Below, one piece after another: positions 53,057 to 64,000 of a DNA stretch of 64,000 bases (positions within the stretch are counted from its first letter, which is position 1; each line of letters opens with the position of its first letter). The notes beneath the pieces are model-generated. The model ran no database searches. It had not been told where the DNA came from and saw only the letters and a program-made list of their open reading frames with translations. Source of the stretch: an uncultured Gemmatimonadaceae bacterium (GTDB taxonomy: Bacteria > Gemmatimonadota > Gemmatimonadetes > Gemmatimonadales > Gemmatimonadaceae); contig CAWHHI010000003.1 in NCBI GenBank assembly GCA_963829055.1, positions 1 to 64,000 on the forward strand, read 5' to 3'. Made by a program: the position numbers and the translations under genes.

Positions 53057-53966
53057 TTTGCTGAGGCTCGCCCACAGGTGGATCGTCGCGTACCCGCGCC
53101 ACGGGCGCCACGCCTCGGCGACATTCGAAGATGGCGCGTCGCTCGACACCAGCGGCGGCGAGCGCCTTGATGACGCCGAGGTCTGCGCCCGGAAACGCGT
53201 CGCGGTCGCCTAACGCGCGCATGCGAACGTACGACGCCGTCCATGGCCCGATGCCTGGCAATTGCTCGAGTGCGGCCTGGGCGTCGTCGGCCGAAGCGTG
53301 GCGAAGGCCCTCGAGGTCGAGAGCGCCGTCGGCGATCTGACGTGCCACGCCCGCCATTGTCGCAGCGCGCGCACGTGTGAGGCCGATGGAACGCAGTCGA
53401 TCCGGACCCGCGTCGGCAACGTCGGCAGGCGTGGGGAAGGCGAGGAACGAACCATTCCGCGGGCCGGGAGCGCGCAACGCGAACAGCTGAACCAGGCGAT
53501 CAGTGATGGTGCTCGCGCCGGCAACGCTCACCTGCTGTCCGAGGACGGCCCGCGCGAGACCTTCGAACGGATCGAGGAGTTGCGGCAGCCGAATCCCCGA
53601 TCGACGTCGTACGATGCCCGCGAGAATTGGGTCGCGTCGTGCAAGCCGACGAAAGCGCTCGAGATCGGCATCGAGGTCGAGCATGCGCCTAACGGCGGCC
53701 GCGAGCGTATCGGGGGCGAGCGTCGGACGCGACGTCACGATCAGCTCGCGCTCGCCGCGGAACCGAGCCGTCTCCGGGTCGACTGCGGCTTCGGCGATCG
53801 TGAGCATGACCGGCTTGCCGTTCAACCGTACGGACCGCCGGTACTCATTCCCGCCAACCGCCTCGAGCGAGGGCACGGTGCGCGCCGCGAGAAACCCGAG
53901 CACCCAGGCGAAGTCGAAATCGCGCGGGAGCGGAACGCGGACGCCGGCGTCTACGGAGTTGGGCAT
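53054..53966 (-). CDS. alkA: DNA-3-methyladenine glycosylase II (frameshift near 53127)
   Basis: AlkA N-terminus, DPFEGLARAVLGQQVS, HhH LPGIGPWTA, DAFPGADLG, WRPWRGYA. Confidence 0.85.
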
Positions 53967-54015
53967 CACCGGAAATTATCAGGGGTGCACCGATGCGCGA
54001 CCCGATTCGCGCCAT

Positions 54016-54120
54016 GTCATCCCGAGGAGCGCCCGCGACGAGGGATCTTGCTCGATGTCATCGTAGCCGGTCCAGCCACGAATACTTCACAGGAGATCCC
54101 TCGCTGCCGCTCGGGATGAC
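54016..54120. repeat. Palindromic REP element, subtype A, 105 bp
   Basis: GTCATCCCGAG...CTCGGGATGAC; spacer similar to the 785-889 copy. Confidence 0.9.
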
Positions 54121-54165
54121 ATGTTCCTCCTTCCTCGGGCCTCCTTCCTCCTTCCTCAGGCCCCG

Positions 54166-55296
54166 CTAGTACCTGCCGCCCGCCCCGCCACCGCCTGCAG
54201 ATCCTCCGCCGAAGCTGCTGCCGCCGCCACCTCCGCCACCGCCGCTCGACCCACCGGAGCCACCTGAGCTCTGCACGATTCGCGGGATCGTCCGCATGTA
54301 CGTTCGCGTCCACGCGCAGTTCCGACAGCGCTCGGTGATCTGCTGCTGCCCCGCACTCATTGTCGTGGCGGGGATCAGCGTACGCGACTGCGTCTCCAGC
54401 GTGCGCCGGTGGCACGACTTGCACATGGAGTAGCGGCTGAACCACGCCTTGTGCGGGATCGTGAGCGCGTACTGACAGGTCGGGCACACCCACACGTCGT
54501 AGTCGACGCTCTCGAGCTGCTCCTCCATCCGCTGCCCCGCGTCGAGGTGTGCGTCGTCCGCGCGCTCGTCGAGTCGAACCATGTTGCCATGGCCGTTCGG
54601 ACATTTCTTCGGCCGGCGACGACGGTAGCGCGCGGCGCCGGCAGCGCCTCCGAGAAGCGCGAGCCCCGATCCGATGGTGCCGAAGACGATCCCGGCTCGG
54701 CGCCCCACCTTTCGTCCTTCGCGAGGCTCCGCATCGCGCTCGACCGGCAGACCCTTGTTAGGCGGCGGGTTCGTCGTCGACATCGTCGAGCCACGCGCAT
54801 CCTTCTCCTCGCGCGCGATGGCCGCGATCGCCTCGACACCCGCGAGCATGCCGGCATCGAAGTCACCACGCCGGAACGCGGGGAAGATCGTCTGATCTCT
54901 CACGCGACCCACGCGCGAGTCCGGCAACACGCCCTCGAGCCCGTAGCCGACGCTCACCTGCACCGCGCGCTGCGTCGGCACCCAGAGGAAGACGATGCCG
55001 TTGTCCCGACCCTTCTGCCCCACGCCCCACATGCGATGCAACGCGAGCGCGACGTCGAACGGCTCGAAGCCCGACGTGGAGTCGATGGCGACGACGGTCA
55101 TCTCCGTCCCGGTCTCTCGACCGAGCGCCGACAGGAGCGCGTTCAGCGAGTCGACCGTGGCCGGCTTCAGATGGTGTGACGGATCGGCGACCCACGTGCC
55201 GCTCGCCGTTCGCGGATTGGGAACCCATCGCAGCCGCTCGGCCTGCGCCGGCGTGATCTGAACCAGCGCGAGTACCGCCAGCAGAAACGTCATCAT
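54166..55296 (-). CDS. TPM-domain protein with TM, CxxC-rich region and Gly-rich tail
   Basis: WGVGQKGRDNG, VGYGLEGVLPD, CPTC/CKSC/CRNC, FGGGSAGGGGAGGRY. Confidence 0.9.
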   Translation of the reverse strand: MMTFLLAVLALVQITPAQAERLRWVPNPRTASGTWVADPSHHLKPATVDSLNALLSALGRETGTEMTVVAIDSTSGFEPFDVALALHRMWGVGQKGRDNGIVFLWVPTQRAVQVSVGYGLEGVLPDSRVGRVRDQTIFPAFRRGDFDAGMLAGVEAIAAIAREEKDARGSTMSTTNPPPNKGLPVERDAEPREGRKVGRRAGIVFGTIGSGLALLGGAAGAARYRRRRPKKCPNGHGNMVRLDERADDAHLDAGQRMEEQLESVDYDVWVCPTCQYALTIPHKAWFSRYSMCKSCHRRTLETQSRTLIPATTMSAGQQQITERCRNCAWTRTYMRTIPRIVQSSGGSGGSSGGGGGGGGSSFGGGSAGGGGAGGRY

Positions 55297-55302
55297 GCGT
55301 GT

Positions 55303-57468
55303 CTACTTCCGCTCGCCGGGGTGGTAGCTGGTGGACGCGCTCGCGATCACCGCCTGCTTCGTCCACGGCATCGGCTTCATTCGGCCTCGCGCGTAGAGCG
55401 GCGCCTGGTCGAAGAAGTGCGGTGACGACGCGACCCCGCTCTGGCCGAACGTCACGACCGATCGCTGCCGGAGCGTCGGCGCGAACTCGACGACCGACAC
55501 GTAGGTGTTCCCGCTCGTACCGTAGATCTTCTTCGTTCCTGAGCTGCCCGCGTTGAACGCGAAGATGATACCTAACGCCGGCGGCCCGCCCGCGACCGCC
55601 AGACTGGGCTTCGCGTCGTCGAACGGCTCATGCCCACTCGTGCCGGGACGCTGGAGGCGATTCACGTCGCCCCACTTGACCTTCCACGTCCCGAAGTCGG
55701 CCTCGAATTCACGGCGCACGTCCACCAGCGCTACCAGTGCGGCACGGAGCGCCACGCTATCCGCCACGCCATCACGACCAATGGCGTTAGGCATCGACCG
55801 GAGTGCTCGCCCGAGCAGCTGATTCCACTCGAAGAATACCGTCATGCCCACCGAGGCTGTATCGCTCCGGCGATCCCAGCTCTGCAGCGCCTCCACGAGC
55901 GGCTGCGCCGCGACCGTGATCGAGTCGCGCCGCGAGAAGAACAGCGTCCGCTGCGGCAGGAACGTCTTTATCAGTGAGTCGGCGACGTACACGCGTCGAT
56001 CGAAGCCGGCCCTGGAGAGCTCCTCGAACGAGAACTTCCCTCCCGCGCGCAAGTGCTCTCTCATGATGCGCTGCGACGACTGCGCACGCGCGTTATACGG
56101 CTCGGGCGCCACGTACGCGGGCCAGCGCGTGCTATCCGGGTTCTCGCCATCGCCCGTCATGCGCCAGGGCGTCGAGTTCGTGTTGATCAGGTAGCCGCTC
56201 TTCGGGTTGAGACGCTGCGGCAACGAATCCAGTGACCAGTATCCAGCCCACTCGGTGCGCGGGTCACTGCCGTCGAGCGCCACCGCGGGATCGACGGCCG
56301 GCGCGCGCTTCGGAATCGCATTGCCATGGACGTAGAAGATGTTCCCCGCCACATCCGCGTACATCGTGTTCGAGCCCACGATCGTTCCTCGCGACATCGC
56401 CCGCTTCCACTCGGCGAACGTGCGCGCTTTCCCCATGAGGTACCGCTGCTCGAGCGCGCCGCCGTCCTCGCGAGCGAGCCGCACGGCCAGCGCCTGCCCG
56501 CCACGCGTGGCGACGATCGGCCCGTGATGCGTCTTCCGTAGCGTCAGGTACCGCGTCACGATGCCGCCGCTGGTCTTCACACGCACGCTGTCGCGCCACT
56601 CCGTCGCCATCCGGTACTCATCGCCATAGCGGTAGGCAAGCGGCCGCGCCACATCATCGAAGCGCTCGATGTAGACGTCGCGCGCGTCGGCGTAGTTGTT
56701 CGTGTGACTCCACCCGAGTCGGCCGTTGTGGCCCGTGCGCGGGATCGGGGTGCCGAGGATGGTGAAGCCGGAGAAGCGCCACCCTTCGCCACTCTCGATG
56801 TGCAGCTCATAGCGCTGGCCAGCACCGAAGAAGCCGACGTGCGGGTTGATGAACAGCATGGCGCGGCCCGTCGTCGTCTTCGACGGCGCGAGCGCCCACA
56901 TATTCGACCCTTCGTCGGGCTCCGGCGCCTGCCTCGCCTCCACGCGCTGCCAATCACGGAGGCGAATGCCGTCCAACACCGTGTTCGAGTCGATGCGCAC
57001 CGTCGCCAGGTCCACCGTCAACGCCCACCACGGCTCCCAGTGAGTCAGCAACCGTGGCGTGACCTCGGGATGCGTGGCGAGATACTCGTTCACGCCAGCC
57101 GCAAAGGCGTCGTAGATCGCTCGCATCGCTGGCGTTGCCTTGGCGTATGCGTCGCGCGATTTCCGCTCGACCTCGAACAATCGCGTCGCCACGTCACCCG
57201 CAACGGCGGTGTCCCCATATACTTCCGCGCGCCGGCCGAGGTCTTCGAGGTAGTCTTCCTCGAGCTGCCAGAAGTTGTCTTCCGCCTGAGCGTACATCAG
57301 GCCGAACACGACGCTGGCGTCGGTCGGGCCGTAGATGTGTGGCACCCCGAACTTGTCCCGGTGTATGGTGACCGTCTTCGCCACGCGGTCCCACTGATCG
57401 CGCTCGGCGGCGGAATACGGTGGGCTGGCGCTGGCCAGTTGTAACGCGAGCGCGAGAATCATAGACAT
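55303..57468 (-). CDS. Penicillin acylase family (Ntn hydrolase)
   Basis: IHRDKFGVPHIYG, YAQAEDN, GSNMWA, INPH, HFFDQA. Confidence 0.92.
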   Translation of the reverse strand: MSMILALALQLASASPPYSAAERDQWDRVAKTVTIHRDKFGVPHIYGPTDASVVFGLMYAQAEDNFWQLEEDYLEDLGRRAEVYGDTAVAGDVATRLFEVERKSRDAYAKATPAMRAIYDAFAAGVNEYLATHPEVTPRLLTHWEPWWALTVDLATVRIDSNTVLDGIRLRDWQRVEARQAPEPDEGSNMWALAPSKTTTGRAMLFINPHVGFFGAGQRYELHIESGEGWRFSGFTILGTPIPRTGHNGRLGWSHTNNYADARDVYIERFDDVARPLAYRYGDEYRMATEWRDSVRVKTSGGIVTRYLTLRKTHHGPIVATRGGQALAVRLAREDGGALEQRYLMGKARTFAEWKRAMSRGTIVGSNTMYADVAGNIFYVHGNAIPKRAPAVDPAVALDGSDPRTEWAGYWSLDSLPQRLNPKSGYLINTNSTPWRMTGDGENPDSTRWPAYVAPEPYNARAQSSQRIMREHLRAGGKFSFEELSRAGFDRRVYVADSLIKTFLPQRTLFFSRRDSITVAAQPLVEALQSWDRRSDTASVGMTVFFEWNQLLGRALRSMPNAIGRDGVADSVALRAALVALVDVRREFEADFGTWKVKWGDVNRLQRPGTSGHEPFDDAKPSLAVAGGPPALGIIFAFNAGSSGTKKIYGTSGNTYVSVVEFAPTLRQRSVVTFGQSGVASSPHFFDQAPLYARGRMKPMPWTKQAVIASASTSYHPGERK

Positions 57469-57624
57469 GCGTCGGGCATGGGTCTCGTGTACGTGAGCGA
57501 AGCCGGAATGGTGTCCGGCAGGGCCGTCGTCGGGTACTGCCGTCCGGCTTCCCGCGGTGTGTGCGTCGCCGCATACTAAGGAAGCACAACTCATGGCCTG
57601 GTAACCCCTTCACGTAGCCGTTGC

Positions 57625-59081
57625 ATGCGTGCTTCTATTGTCATCCGTATCACTTTTCGCTCGCCGGCATTGTCGCCGGCGTTGCGCCTCGTTCCCTGAC
57701 CGCTCAACAGGCCGGTCTTGCCGGCGTTGCCGGTAGCGTCACCGACAGCATCCACGGCGGTATTCCACTGCCGGGCGCCGTAGTGAAGATCAGCGGAACA
57801 ACTCGCCAGGGCACTACCGACGCTAACGGGCAGTTCCGGATCGACAGCATTCCGGTGGGCGATCACAGCCTGTCGCTGATCCATCCGCTACTCGACACGC
57901 TCGGTATCCAGATCAACACACGCGCGGTCCCGTTTCAGGCCGGCAACGTGCTCGCGGTCGAGCTGGCGGTTCCATCAGCACAGACCGTCCTCGAGCGCTC
58001 CTGTCCGGCTGCGTGGCGCGCGCGCGGACCATCGGCTCTCGTCGGCAAGGTTCTGGATGCTGACAACGACACGCCCCTTGTTGGCGCGAAGGTGACGTTG
58101 GTATGGCAGGAGCTGAGCCTCACTACCCTTCGAAAAGAGCCGCGTGTTCGTACACAGCCAGTTGGTCCCGATGGCACCTATCGAATCTGCGGCCTCCCTG
58201 GGGGTGTGAACGGTACCGTCCAGGGTGAGTTCAACGGCAGGAAGACGGCGGAAGTCCACGTGGTCATGGATGAGGCGAACCCTCTCGGGTTCCAGAGTCT
58301 GCGCATTGGAATGACCGCGGTCGCCGACGCACCGGTCGACACCACGCCTCGCGCGCCTGGGACAGTCGCCAAGGCCGATTCCGGACCGCCGAGACTGCGA
58401 GGGCCTGCCCGGCTGACCGGTCGTGTCGTGAACGCCGCCGGTGCGCCTATCGCGAACGCTCGCGTCGACGTCCAGGGAACCGGTGCCGCAACGCTGAGTC
58501 GGCAAGACGGGACGTTCGGCTTCACCGACCTGCCGAGCGGCACTCAGGCGCTCGTGGTCCGCCAGCTCGGATTCGAGCCGGTGGAAACGCCGGTCGAGCT
58601 CTCGGGACGCACGCCCAGGGAGGTGACCGTCACCATGTCCAAGCCAGCTCGCGTCCTCGAGACGGTCGCCGTGACAGCGGAGGCGTCGAAGGAAGGACTC
58701 GACCAGGTCGGATTCAACCGGCGGCAGAAGACCGGCTTCGGTTACTTCTTGAGCACGGAAGACATCGAGAAGCGCCAGGCAACGCGCATGACTGATCTCT
58801 TCCGCACGGTGCCGTCGTTGCGGGTCGTGCCGTCGGGGATGGACTACGTGGTCGAGAGCGGCCGGGACGTCCAGGGTGGCTGCGTCCGGTACGTCGTGGA
58901 CGGCGCGCCGTACAACGCGCTCTTCCCCGGTGACATCGATCGCCTGATGCCACCGAACGATGTCGCGGCGGTCGAGGTGTACGCCGGCTCGTCGACGCCC
59001 GCCGAGTTCCAGGCACCCGGCAACACATCGTGCACGACCATCGTGATGTGGAGCCGCTTCAAGGTGAAGAAGAACCGCTAG
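57625..59081 (+). CDS. Carboxypeptidase-regulatory-like repeat protein with C-terminal TonB-plug-like domain (probable 5' frameshift)
   Basis: GSVTDS..LPGAVV..TDANGQF repeats; GFNRRQKTGFG, YVVDG, AVEVYAG..PAEF. Confidence 0.75.
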
Positions 59082-60199
59082 CCGATTCGCTCGCCGAGGC
59101 GATGCGATCGCCGGTGGTCTGATCGAACCAGTGCACTTTCGTGGGCGCGATCCCGAGGGTCACGGTCGCGCCCACGTCCGGGAGCTGGCGCTCCAACACG
59201 CGCGCGGTGAGCGCATGTGACCCCGCCGTGGCATGAACGAGTGTCTCGTTCCCGAGCGGCTCGATGAGGTCGACCCGCGCGGGAACAGGCACGAAGGGGT
59301 CGGAAGCCTGCCGGGTGCCGATGACGCCGCCGTCACCGTGATATCCTCCGGACGAACACCCATCACGAGCTGGCGACCGGCGCGATCTGCGCAGCCAGTG
59401 CCCCGACCGGGATCACGAACGCGTCGCCGCGAGCGGTGAACGCCCTCCGGTCCGAGACCGTGCCCTCCACGAAGTTCATGGCTGGGCTGCCGATGAAACC
59501 GGCGACGAACCGATTGGCGGGACGGTCATAGAGCGCGAGCGGCGTGTCCACCTGCTGCACGCGTCCCGCGTTCATCACCACGATGCGGTCACCGAGCGTC
59601 ATGGCCTCGACCTGATCGTGCGTCACGTAGATCATCGTCGCGCCGAGGTCGCGGTGCAGCTTCGCGATCTCGCGCCGCGTCTGCACGCGGAGCTTCGCGT
59701 CGAGGTTCGATAGCGGCTCGTCGAACAGGAACACCGCTGGCTCGCGCACGATGGCGCGCCCCACCGCGACTCGCTGGCGCTGCCCGCCGGAGAGCTGCCG
59801 CGGCTTTCGGTCGAGCACCTCATCGAGTCCGAGCGTACTCGCGGCCAGCTGAACGCGCCGTTCGATCTCGGCCGCCGGCAGCTTCCGGAGCTGGAGCGCG
59901 AACGCCAGGTTCTCGCGCACCGTCATGTGCGGGTACAGCGCGTAGTTCTGAAACACCATCGCGATGTCGCGGTCCTTGGGCGGCACGTCGTTCACGAGCC
60001 TGTCGCCGATGAAGAGCCGGCCCGCGGTGATCGACTCGAGTCCGGCGATCATGCGCAGCGTCGTGCTCTTGCCGCACCCCGACGGGCCGACGAGCACCAC
60101 GAACTCGCCGTCGGCGACGACGAGGTCCACGCCGTGAACCGCCACGTGGCCGCCGTCTTGATATATTTTGCGCACGCCTTCGAGGCGGACGTTGGCCAT
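59059..60199 (-). CDS. Sugar ABC transporter ATP-binding protein, MalK/UgpC family (3' frameshifts)
   Basis: [50 protein letters not shown]. Confidence 0.92.
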
Positions 60200-60269
60200 T
60201 GGTCCCGATCGAAAATGGTTAGCGACAGCTCGCCGATCGTCGTTGCATTCCCGCCGTCACACCGCCGCC

Positions 60270-64000
<3,731 letters not shown>

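Noticed and set aside
785..54120. CRISPR array
   Set aside because: The repeats are dispersed palindromes without regular spacers, and there are no cas genes

Overview
High-GC (roughly 68% by eye) bacterial chromosomal segment. Gene content (duplicated ABC permeases, one behind PadR; a SARP/BTAD-TPR regulator; a carboxypeptidase-regulatory/plug protein) suggests Gemmatimonadota, which is an inference. Many single-base frameshifts are spread across otherwise intact genes, typical of an unpolished long-read assembly. The centre (19057-39328) is a ~20 kb tetrahydromethanopterin/methanofuran (H4MPT/MFR) C1-transfer island: fae, mtd, fhcBADC, mch and cofactor-biosynthesis genes including mptG. Three DNA-level layers are not explained by the genes. 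(1) The non-palindromic octamer GCCTAACG/CGTTAGGC occurs at least 44 times exactly (about 60 with the 6-bp core), mostly inside genes and through rare codons. (2) A GTCATYCCGAGC-ended palindromic REP family occurs at 8 loci, two of which flank a minimal GIY-YIG nuclease gene; some copies have entered coding sequence. (3) There are further hairpin and heptamer repeats and a ~320-bp highly structured inverted-repeat element next to an aph(3') gene. No rRNA, tRNA, CRISPR array or integron was seen.
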